64,000 nt of DNA from Ostrea edulis (Eukaryota): assembly GCF_947568905.1 (NCBI RefSeq), contig NC_079170.1:53506001-53570000 (forward strand). Reading direction: 5' to 3'. This document shows, piece by piece, positions 40,165-52,000 of the stretch. Numbering within the stretch: position 1 is the first letter of the stretch; every line of letters starts with the position of its first letter. The position numbers were made by a program, and so were the translations under genes. The notes beneath the pieces were generated by a model. The model was not told the DNA's origin. It did not search any database and was given only the letters and a program-made list of their open reading frames with translations.

Positions 40165-43100
40165 AGTGATTGTTATCACATCAGTGCCGCTATGGTATCC
40201 CTCCATGTCACACGGTCTTTGGCTATATTTTCGGCCTCCTGATATGCTAGGCCCGCAGTTGTAAAGTTTCTTGCCAGCGTGTCTCGCCATCTCTGCCGCT
40301 GTCGTCCTTGTTTTCGTCTGCCTTCGACCGATGTAGGGTCCCACTCGTACATTCGCGTAGGGAATCTTTCGTCTCCCATCCTCGACATGTAACCAAACCA
40401 TCTCAGCCGATTCCTCATGAGTAGTGTTGAGGCTTATGGTTGATCTGTGAGCTCTCGAATGTCACTGTTGCGCCTTCGTTCCCACCATTTGGTCTTCAGA
40501 ATAATTCATAATTCTAAGACATCTGGAATCGAAGGCGTCTAGTCGTTGCTCATGTTTTCTGGTTGTGGCCCATGTCTCAGATGCATACAGCAATGTTGGA
40601 ATGACAACTGCTGTATATATTCTCATTTTTATTTTGAGGCTTATCTTTGCTCTCCAAGTGTTGCGCAAGTTCTTAAATGCATTGGCGGCTATTCCTGTAC
40701 GAATGTTCAGCTCAGTATCGATGGAATTAATTGGTGTTACAGTTGAGCCTAGGTAGTTAAACTTCTCAACTTTATCAGTGGTAGACTCTCCATCTTTCAC
40801 GCATGCCGATGTTTCACCTATTGGCATAACCTTAGTTTTCTCTGCAGAAACTACAAGGCCAACCTCTTCTCCTGCTCCCCTGAGTCTTGTCAGTGCTGCT
40901 GCTGATTTTTCCTCGTCTGGTTCTATCAGAGCCACATCATCAGCAAAGTCGAGGTCTGATAGTTTCCAACCGTCCTCGATTCCCCTGAGTGTACGAACAC
41001 GCTTCTTCATCTGCAATCCATGACTGTCACAGGACTTTCTTAATACCCAGTCTATGAGAATGCCAAACAGTAGGGGAGACGAAACACAACCTTGCCTCAC
41101 CCAAGTCTCGACAAAAAAAAAAAAAACAGTCGGAAAATTCGCCTCCTACTTTCACTCTAGCCTGAGATCCATTATAGGTGTTTCTGATAATGCTTATGAT
41201 CTTATCTGGGATGCCGTATTCTTTCATTATTCTCCATAAGGATGGTATATGTACGCTGTCAAAAGCTGCTTTAAAGTCGACAAAAGTGGTGACTGCTGGT
41301 ATTTGAAACTCAAGACATTTTCCGATCAGTATTCTCAGACAAAATATTTGATCAATACATTCTCTCGATCTCCTAAACCCCGCTTGATTCTCTCGTAGTC
41401 TTGTATCTACAGCATCTTTTATCCTGTTCAATACAATCCAGGCGAAGGCTTTTCCTGCCACAGACAATAGTGCAATGCCCCTGTAGTTCTTGCAGTCTTT
41501 GATGTCACCTTTTTTGTTTAAAGAGAATACAAAGTTCACTCTTTTTCCAGTCTAGAGGCACCTGCTCTTCTTGCCAGATCTTAAGCAAGAGTGAATGGAA
41601 CCTGGCTCTGGTGGGTTGACCTCCACATTTTATCAGTTCTGCTGTAACACTGTCTGTACCAGCTGACTTGTTGTTCTTCAGTTTGTTGATTGCCTTTTCT
41701 ACTTCCTCCTCTGATGATTCACTTGTATCTATATCTAGTTGTTCCCACATCTGTTGACTTGGATGGTACCTTCGTGCTGGGGCTGGTCTGTTCAGGAGCT
41801 CACAGAAGTGTGCTCTCCATCTGTCTTTCACTTGATCTTTGACAGTCAGCATGTTTCCTTCCTTGCTTTTTACAGACATGGGCTGTGATGTTGATTTCCC
41901 ATTCATCTTTTTCACAATCTGAAATACCTTCCTTTGATTTTTCATACCAGATGCTACCTCTAACTCACTAACACATTTGTCAAACCAATTTCTTTGCACT
42001 CTTTTTTACAAGGGCATCAAGCTTTCTGTATTCCTCTGAGCTTCGCCTAGTTTCAGTTGAATCCTCCCTTGCTTTTGCCGTTCGTCTCTTTTCCACCAAT
42101 TCTTCTGTTTGAACACTAATCCATTCTTTTCTTTTATGCCTAATCCTACCAATGGTGTTTTCTGCAGCATGTAGAATTCCATTTTTTGATGTTATCCCAG
42201 TCTTCTTCTATCTCAAGCTGTTGACTGTTCTCCTCTATCAGATGTTTCTTCACTTCTTGTTGGTATCTTTCTTTCATTATCTGGTCGTTAAGTTTATAAG
42301 TGGCAAACTTTCCTTTTGCACCCCTTGATTTAGGTTTTGCCAGTTTCATGGTGATAGTAGAAATTAGTAGCTCATGGTCGCTGAAGATATCAGCACCCCT
42401 GTAGGTTCTACAGTCTGTCATGGAGCGTTTCCATCTACTATTGACGATGATATGATCAAGCTGTGCTCTTGTTCTTGATACTGTATTGCTAGTCCACGTA
42501 TACTTATGAATTTCCTTGTGCTGAAAGATGGTGCCGGCAATTGCTAAACCATGGGTACTACATGTGTCAAGGAGTCTCTGTCCATTCTCGTTCATGTCAC
42601 CCATGCCATGTTGGCCTATTACTCTGGGATATGCTGTTATATCTTTTCCCACTCTAGCATTGAAATCACCAATCAAGAGGCACATATCATGTCGTGGTAT
42701 ATTGCCCAGAATGTTGTTCAACTGGTCATATAATTCATCTTTTTCTGGTGTGTTTGCTACTTCTGTTTGTGCATACCCTACAATCACAGTAAGGTTAGTG
42801 ACTCCAGCTTTAAATCTGATCTTTAGTAGGCGCTCACTAATACAGTCGGTGGAATTAACTGCATCAGCTGCTCTCTTGGATAAAAGTACACCTACTCCTG
42901 CCTCATGTTTTTGGTCATCTCTGCCTGAGTATATAAATGTCCATGAATTATGCCGGATCTTGTCCTTTCCACTCCATCTAACTTTCTGTACTCCAACTAT
43001 AATAAGATGGTACCTTTCTGCATTATCACAGAATTCCTTCAACTTTCCTATTTGTAGTAATGTCCGAACATTTCATGTACCGACACGCAGTTTTCCTTTA

Positions 43101-43790
43101 CAACTGAGCATTTGTGATTTCCATTTAGGTTTCCCCGTCAGGTTGACACTATCCTCTCGGCTTTCAGTGCCCGCCATCATGATAGGTATTTGACCTGAGG
43201 TCCCCTGTCCCCTGTCCTGGAATAGTGTTATTTACTATAGCGGTTTCTGTAGCTAGATAAATAAATTCAGCTGGATAGGTTGCTGGCCAATCACAGCCTA
43301 GACCGGATTTCCACCTGGATGAGTCTGGCCGCCCAGGCTTTGTGATCAGAGTGATCCATTTCCTAGATGGGCTGCTTGACATGGCTATAGAACCCCATCT
43401 GTCCTAGTTTGATTTTGGAGTGACTTTTTCCTAGGAGGACTGCTAACCAAAGCTTATGAACTCTTCCTGTCCAGTTATTTAACCCATAACTGGGGCTTGT
43501 TGGTGGACGTCAGGGCATATCCATCCGCCGATGGGCCTGCACATCGCACTTCTGGGGGCCAAGCTCCTCCGAGATCCCTGACTGTTCAGCCTGGAACTGT
43601 GAGACGCCAGTGGATGTGTGGTACCACGTAGAGGTACAGTTAGGATCTTGGTGATGGAGAGGCTATATACTGTCAGGGGGGACTTATGCAATTTTGCCCC
43701 CTTTTCGCCCAGAAGGGCTATACAGCGGCAGCAGCTGGGAGCAAGCAGTGCAAGCACTCACTATACTACATTAAACTACCACCAAGACGC
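40165..43790 (-). mobile_element. Near full-length decayed RTE-clade LINE (copy C)
   Basis: Minus strand: KLRVGT*NVRTL; APE domain (42146-43042, LIGDFNARVG, SDHELL); NYRGIALLSVAGKAF; FVDFKAAFDS; DLDFADDVAL; RLRWFGYMSRM. Several frameshifts; about 600-bp 5' UTR. Confidence 0.9.
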
Positions 43791-44084
43791 ATCACATCAT
43801 CCTGTGCACACTCTCATGTACACTTAACCACACTTAGATACTAGTAGATAACAGCAAAGATTTGAAATGTCATAATGAATTTTGATATACCATTACACGA
43901 CTTGAATAATTTTCTTGTTTTGAAAAAAAAACCATACGATGATGATTGTGATACACAAGACCCTGCTCAAAATAAAAAAAATAATAATAAGAATTCCTGG
44001 GTCTAGATAAACAAGATAATTCTAGTAATAGAACTGGAAACGGATACATAGCTAAAATGTAAGAAGGGGGGGGGGGTACTGTCA

Positions 44085-44266
44085 TTTAGGGGAAATTCTA
44101 TACTAGGACGGTTTTTCCTAGGGGGAAATTGGGCTCGGGTTAATTCTTCCTAGGGGGAAATTATATGCCAGGCCCATCTTTCCGGGGGGAATGTATATCC
44201 CGGGCCCGTTGTTTCGGGGGGAAAGTCTATGCGGGGGGGGGAGAGGATTCTATGCTACAACACCGG
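44085..44266 (-). repeat. Right arm of the inverted repeat pair
   Basis: ...ggggaaagtctatgcgggggggggagaggattctatgctacaacaccgg. Confidence 0.7.
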
Positions 44267-44313
44267 TTCTGATAAGTATAACAAATGCATACACTTGAGA
44301 CTCAGAAATATGT

Positions 44314-44620
44314 TTAACGATACAATGAACTTACTGAGTAATATGTACATACATTTTTGAACAACAGTATCAAATACTGAATCTTTTTACTTTTTTCATC
44401 AAAGGAATATGTAGCATAAAATGTTTTTGAATTAGTAATACAACATTTACCATTGACACAATACAGCGATATTTCGACTGTTACAGACATTAATAAGAAC
44501 TTATTTAAGAGTTTCTCTCTCTGTACATTGTAATATGGACATTCTATGAAGAAATAGCAACCACAAAGATTACAAGATGGGCTATTTATAAGGCAATAAC
44601 TAAAGATTGCGAAGCTTGTA
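44314..44620 (-). mobile_element. LINE (CR1/L2-like) 3' remnant
   Basis: SPSCNLCG-YFFIECPYYNVQREKLL motif. Confidence 0.45.
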
Positions 44621-46039
44621 CTGTATGATAAAACCGTATACGGCGAGGGGAAAGCCTTTGAGGGGAATATAACATTGGATTTCTCCAACATCGGACCAAA
44701 AATAAACTGAGAATTTTTTTAAATAATACGATTGACTGTTATTGCTATTTCTCGTCACTCAATGACAATTCGTGTCTCTACTCTCGTCGTTTGACAATAT
44801 TGTACTACTATTATTTGTAAAGAAATCGTAACTTCTATCACCAACAAGAGTAACAATATTGAATCATTGTAACATGGAACCGATTAAAGATAGCCAATTA
44901 AGTATCGTTTGGTAAGTTCTGGTAGCCGGTTTCGATGATTTAGATTATTTAGTCATGTGGTAAACATTAACACGAGTCTCTAGTCACATTCCCCTGGGTC
45001 TTGCAGTTTAACTGTACACAAAGATGGCCGACTAGGTATCGTTTCATAGGCTCTAGTAGCCCGCTTTAACTGCCCTCGATGTACACTATTCCCTCGCCCC
45101 GGGGCTCTGTGAATAGTGTACTTCTCAGGTAGTTACAGCATCGTATTGACCGAGGAAATGTCAATAATTGTATAATATTACTAGCTTATCACGCTGAAGA
45201 CATTTATCCACTTACTGATATTCCGTGTTCCTTACATTTATCCGCCGATATTCCGTGTTCCCTACATTCACTTGTACTGTGTAATATCAAACGTGGAAGA
45301 ATAATAAATTAGACAACAAAATTTGAAAGATTTTATCAGGTCCTTTAGGCCAGCTGTGATTTGAAGAATTCTAAATTTGGAGACATAAAGTCGTTACTCT
45401 TCTCATAATTATACAAAATCTATTTGACGTAATTTCTTGTATCAATTGTATACATTTTTACAATGGGTTCATCTAAATTGTTTCCAAATGCACGAGTTAT
45501 TTTCCAGACCAGACCATGCATATTGTATTTTTTTTTAAAAATAAGAAAAGAAAAATTAATGATATCTATAAACTTTGAAATTATTACATGTTCATTAAAA
45601 GTTATATTAGGAGTTAACTTGTGTAGCAGATTGATTTTTTTGTCCAGGAAGCAAAAATTTTCAGGGGATGTAATTTGAAAATTATAGTTGTTTTAAACTT
45701 GGTTTTAAATGCATTATTATTTACAGGAAATGACTTATACTAGTCATTTGGACTCAATTTAATTCTTTTAAAAAATGAACAAAATGACCTTTACTATCCC
45801 CTTTAACAAATACCCCCCCCCCCCCCCCCCTGTTTAAAATGATCACAATTAATAGACTTTCGTATCAAAACAATTTGCCCTTCAATTTGCACACAAAAAC
45901 GTTGAGCTCAGATAAGATCGCTAATGATATGTATCTATAAGTATGGAAAGCCATAGGGTACTTGTACCCCCACATCATTATTATTTTTCCCTTTACAAAA
46001 TACCGAAATTATAATCTAAGCATCAAGATCATTTTGTAG

Positions 46040-49000
46040 ATGGGCGTGACTACAGAATCAAAAAGAGGCGCTACAAAGCCGAGGACCAAATATTCACCTG
46101 AGCAGGTAATATCATGAATTAAAACTGCTAATAAAAATGCATTATAACATTTACATGCATTAGAGGGGGGTGGGGAGTAATTCCATTATGCGAAAATCGA
46201 ATGCCTTAGCTCTACAAGGTTTTAAGGCTTAACTAGTTTGTATAAACTCGTCAATGGAAGTATATAATGTATTTTTGGATGCACTATACAATGGCGGATC
46301 CAGAAGGGGGGGAGGGTCCATGGTCCGAACCCCCTTTATGCGGACCAAAGAGTTTAAGTAATTCAATTTTAACGAGTCTTTGAGTTAAAATGATATGAAA
46401 GGTGGATACTTAATTGCATCATTCTAATTTATCAATACCAGTATATCATAAGAAATAGTTACGATATTATCGTCAGATACAAGTACCACTTAAGAATTCT
46501 TAAAAAGTATACTATGTATGTAACAAAAAAGTTTTGTTTAAGAAGTAGACAATTTGAAAGTGAAAAGGAAGCGCCAGGAAACGCTCAGAATCCAGGATTT
46601 TGCGCCATTTACCCCACGGCTTCTGAGGGCCTGGACGGCCCCCAGACTTCCAGCCTATTGGAGATAACCTTTAAATCAGCTTTTTTACCAATTATTATTG
46701 TTTCACTGCGAAATAAGGTCTGAGTATAGCGATTAGAATGACTAAACTTTTGGAAACAATAAATATACTACTTAGCATTTGCATACATAAAACTATCTCA
46801 AGATATTCCCTTAGATATTATGTACACCAGCAAAGGGTGTAAATGGGGTAGAGATGGAGGTTGTGAAAAGTATGTAAAATATCAAATGCTAGACCCCCCT
46901 TTCACAAATTCATGGATTCGCCTAGTAGATGCACTACATATCTTAAGGAGGTACTCTACATCGCCATAATGGTTGACTTTCTTTTAAAATATGGATGAAA
47001 ATATGAATATTAGTAATATTTGTCTATTCATTCAAAAAGTTTTCGCCTATAGCTGAGTAGCTAAATAGATTAGCACGTCGACTGCTAAACTGTTGATCGC
47101 AGGTTTAAGTCCAGCAGGGATTTTAAATTTGTTTCAAATTGCTTTCGACTAAAACTGCATTTTTTGACTAAATACAGTAAATTTGAAAAATTTTAATTCC
47201 AAAATATTGTTGTACATATCCTCCACTATTCATCCATATCAAATTTCTCTGGTGTAGCATATCTCCTTAGAGTTATACCTCAACAAAACATTTGCATAGC
47301 ACTTTAAAAAAGGATTTATGGCATCTAGGTATAATACGCATATAGATATATGTAATACTATGAATAATTAGTACCGGTCACGTGGGCTCAATGAACTAAT
47401 TAACGATCTTATTTCCCGTACAGCTAGAGTTACTAGAGAGCGCTTTCCAGGAGTCACAGTATCCGGATACAGAGACATTAGAGAACCTGGCGGAAAAACT
47501 GGACGTCAATACAGACAAGGTGTCGGTAAGTCCCGCGTCTGACATCTATCAATATAGCACCACGTCTGACGTCCATCAATATAGCACCGTGTCTGACGTC
47601 TATCAATATAACACCGCGTCTGACGTCTATCAATATAACACCGCTTCTTACGTCTATCAATATAACACCACGTCTGACGTCTATCAATATAACACCGTGT
47701 CTGATGTCTATCAATATAACACCACGTCTGATGTCTGTCAATATAACAGCGCGTCTGACGTCTATCAATATAACACCACGTCTGACGTCTGTCAATATAA
47801 CAGCACGTCTGACATCTATCAATATAGCACCGCGCCTGACGTCCATCAATATAACACCGCGTCTGACGTCTATCAATATAGCACCGCGCCTGACGTCCAT
47901 CAATATAACACCGCGTCTGACGTCTATCAATATAACACCACGTCTGACGTCTATCAATATAGCAGCGTGCCTGACGTCCATCAATATAACACCGCGTATG
48001 ACGTCTATCAATATAACACCACGTCTGACGTCTGTCAATATAACAGCACGTCTGACGTCTATCAATATAGCACCGCGTCTGACATCTATTAATATATCAC
48101 CGTGCCTGACGTCTATCAATATAACACCGCGCCTGACGTCTATCAATATAACACCACATCTGACGTCTATCAATATAACACCGCGTCTGACGTCTATCAA
48201 TATAGCACCGCGTCTGATGTCTATCAATATAGCACAGGGTGATAGGTGTCGGCAAGTCCCGTGTCTGATGTCTATCAATATAACACCGCGTCTGATGTCT
48301 ATCAATACCGGGTTATAGGTGTCGGTAAGTCCCGTGTCTGCTGTCTATCAATATAGCACCGCGTCTGATGTCTATCAATATAGCACCGCGTCTGTTGTCT
48401 ATCAATATAACACCGGGTGACAGGTGTCGGTAAGTCCCGTGTCTGATGTCTATCAATATAACACCGCGTCTGACGTCTATCATTATAGCACCGCATCTGA
48501 CGTCTATCATTATAGCACCGCATCTGACGTCTATCAATATAGCACCGTGTCTGACGTCTATCAATATAACACCACGTCTGACGTCTATCAATATAGCACC
48601 GTGTCTGATGTCTATCAATATAACACCGCGTCTGACGTCTATCAATATAACACCACGTCTGACGTCTATCAATATAGCACCGTGTCTGATGTCTATCAAT
48701 ATAACACCGCGTCTGACGTCTATCAATATAACACCACGTCTGATGTCTATCAATATAACAACGCGTCTGACATCTATCAATATAGCACCTCGTCTGATGT
48801 CTATCAATATAACATTGCGTCTGTCATCTATCAATATAACACCGCGTCTGACGTCAATCAATATAGCACAGGGTATGACGTCTATCAATATAGCACCGCG
48901 TCTGACATCTATCAATATAACACCGCCTCTGATGTCTATCAATATAACACCACGTCTGATGTCTTATCAATATAACACCGGGTGACAGGTGTCGGTAAGT

Positions 49001-52000
49001 TCTGCCTCTGATGTCTATCAATATAGCACCGCGCCTGACGTCCATCAATATAACACTGCGTCTGACGTCTATCAATATAGCACCGCGCCTGACGTCCATC
49101 AATATAACACCACGTCTGACGTCTATCAATATAGCAGCGTGCCTGACGTCCATCAATATAACACCGCGTATGACGTCTATCAATATAACACCACGTCTGA
49201 CGTCTGTCAATATAACAGCACGTCTGACGTCTATCAATATAGCACCGCGTCTGACATCTATTAATATAACACCGTGCCTGACGTCTATCAATATAACACC
49301 GCGCCTGACGTCTATCAATATAACACCACATCTGACGTCTATCAATATAACACTGCGTCTGACGTCTATCAATATAGCACCGCGTCTGATGTCTATCAAT
49401 ATAGCACAGGGTGATAGGTGTCGGCAAGTCCCGTGTCTGATGTCTATCAATATAACACCGCGTCTGATGTCTATCAATACCGGGTTATAGGTGTCGGTAA
49501 GTCCCGCGCCTGCTGTCTATCAATATAGCACCGCGTCTGATGTCTATCAATATAGCACCGCGTCTGTTGTCTATCAATATAACACCGGGTGACAGGTGTC
49601 GGTAAGTCCCGCGTCTGACGTCTATCAATATAACACCACGTCTGATGTCTATCAATATAACAACGCGTCTGACATCTATCAATATAGCACCTCGTCTGAT
49701 GTCTATCAATATAACATTGCGTCTGTCATCTATCAATATAACACCGCGTCTGACGTCAATCAATATAGCACAGGGTATGACGTCTATCAATATAGCACCG
49801 CGTCTGACATCTATCAATATAACACCGCCTCTGATGTCTATCAATATAACACCACGTCTGATGTCTTATCAATATAACACCGGGTGACAGGTGTCGGTAA
49901 GTTCTGCCTCTGATGTCTATCAATATAGCACCGCGTCTGACGTCTATCAATATAGCACTGCGTCTCACGTCTATCAATATAACAGCGCGTCTGACGTCTA
50001 TCAATATAACACCGCGTCTCACGTCTATCAATATAACACCGCGTCTGATGTCTATCAATATAGCACCGCGTTTCACGTCTATCAATATAACACCGCGTCT
50101 GATGTCTATCCATATAGCACTGCGTCTGATGTCTATCAATATAACACCACGTCTGATGTCTTATCAATATAACACCGGGTGACAGGTGTCGATAAGTCCC
50201 GCGTCTGACGTATATAAATATAGCACCGTGTCTGATGTCTATCAATATAACACCGGGTGACAGGAGTTGATAAGTCCCGCGTCTGTTTTGAGCGCCAAAT
50301 TAACATAAACTCAAATAATTGAAGATATCTTCAATTATTTGAAGGTATTATCATTTCATTTGATGCGCTCAACAATTTCATTAAAGATCTCTTCAAATAA
50401 TTAATGATATCTTCAATTCTGAATTATTGCGCGCATTTATTGAATTGATGATAGCATTAATTCTTCAGCTGCTTTGATGCGCGCTTTAATTGAATTAATG
50501 ATATCTTCAAATGAATTAATAATATCAACAATTGAATTGATGCACGCTACAATTCAATTGAAGAGAGCAATAATTGATATGATGATCGCATTAAATCAAT
50601 TGATGAAAGCAATAATTGAATTGATGTGTGCATTAATTAATTTGATGAGAGCAATAATTGATTCAATGCCTTTATTAATTCAATTATTGCTCTCTTCAAT
50701 TGAATTAAATATATCATTAATTCTTTGAGAGAGAGCAACTATATAATTAAAGATATCTTCAATTCAACATATCCACAATTGAATTAATTATATTTTTAAT
50801 TGAATTGTTGCTGTCTTTAAAAGAATTGATGCGCACATTAATTCCTTATACAAAAGCATTGTAAATGATTAAAGATAACTTCAATTGAATTGAAGAGATC
50901 ATCAAACTATTTATACTGAGCTTTAAATTAATTATTGTGAGCAATATTTCTACTAAATTGATGCTCCCACCAATTAAATTGAAGAGAGCAATAATTGAAT
51001 TAATGCGCACATCAAATCTATTATTGCTCTCATTAATTCAATTGATGTGCGCATCAATTGAATTGAAGAGAACAATAATTGAATTAATGCGCGCATTCAT
51101 TCAATTATTGCTCTCCTTTATTCAATTGATGCGCGCATTAATTCATTTGATGAGAGCAATAATTGGAACTAATGCGCGCATTAATTCATTTGATGAGAGC
51201 AATAATTGATTTAATGCGCGCATTAATTCAATTAAAGAGAGCAATAATTCTTCAATTATTTGAGTTTATGTTAATTTGGCGCTCCATATGTCTGATGTCT
51301 ATCAATATAACACCACGTCTGACGTCTATCAATATAGCACCGTGTCTGACGTCCATCAATATAACACCGCGCCTGACGTTTATCAATATAGCACCGCGTC
51401 TGATGTCTATCAATATAGCACTGTGTCTGACGTCCATCAATATAACACCGCGTCTGATGTCTGTCAATATAGCACCGTGTCTGACGTTCATCAATATAAC
51501 ACCGTGTCTGATGTCTGTCAATATAACACCGTGTCTGACGTTTATCAATATAACACCGCGTCTGATGTCTATCAATATAGCACCGTGTCTGACGTCCACC
51601 AATATAACACCGCGTCTGATGTCTGTCAATACAACACCGGGTGACAAATGTCGGTAAGTCTGGCGTCTGATGTCCATCAATAAAGCACAGGGTGACTTAG
51701 TCCATATCTTTCTGCTGGTTATGTCCGATCCACTCTTGTGTTAGGATCTAATCAAATACATATTGGGATGGTTTTCCCCCTCACATTAAACATCTTGACG
51801 TATGAACAATGTATATACAGGTGTGGTTCCAGAACAGACGTTCTAAGTTCAAGAGACAGTCCAAGAATTCTCACGTGGCCTGGATGCGAAAGCAATTTTA
51901 CAACTCGGACATGCACAGTCCATGCCAACTTGCTTCTGGTGATGGGAAACAGCACGTGTTGTCACCGCCGAATCAGACACGAGGGGTAGCTGAGAACATG

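Noticed and set aside
43600-43790. Possible HDV-like ribozyme at the RTE 5' end
   Set aside because: Such ribozymes are known in RTE elements, but I could not build the nested double pseudoknot by eye.
47045-47119. Functional tRNA gene
   Set aside because: The acceptor stem and B box are degenerate and it lies inside a TIR element; reported only as tRNA-like.
47478-51680. Many long repetitive ORFs (DVYQYNT / ILIDVRRG / SINITPRL)
   Set aside because: All arise from the 27-bp array, open on both strands, inside a homeobox intron; the intervening MRAIIEL-type ORFs come from the IS3EU-like internal repeats.
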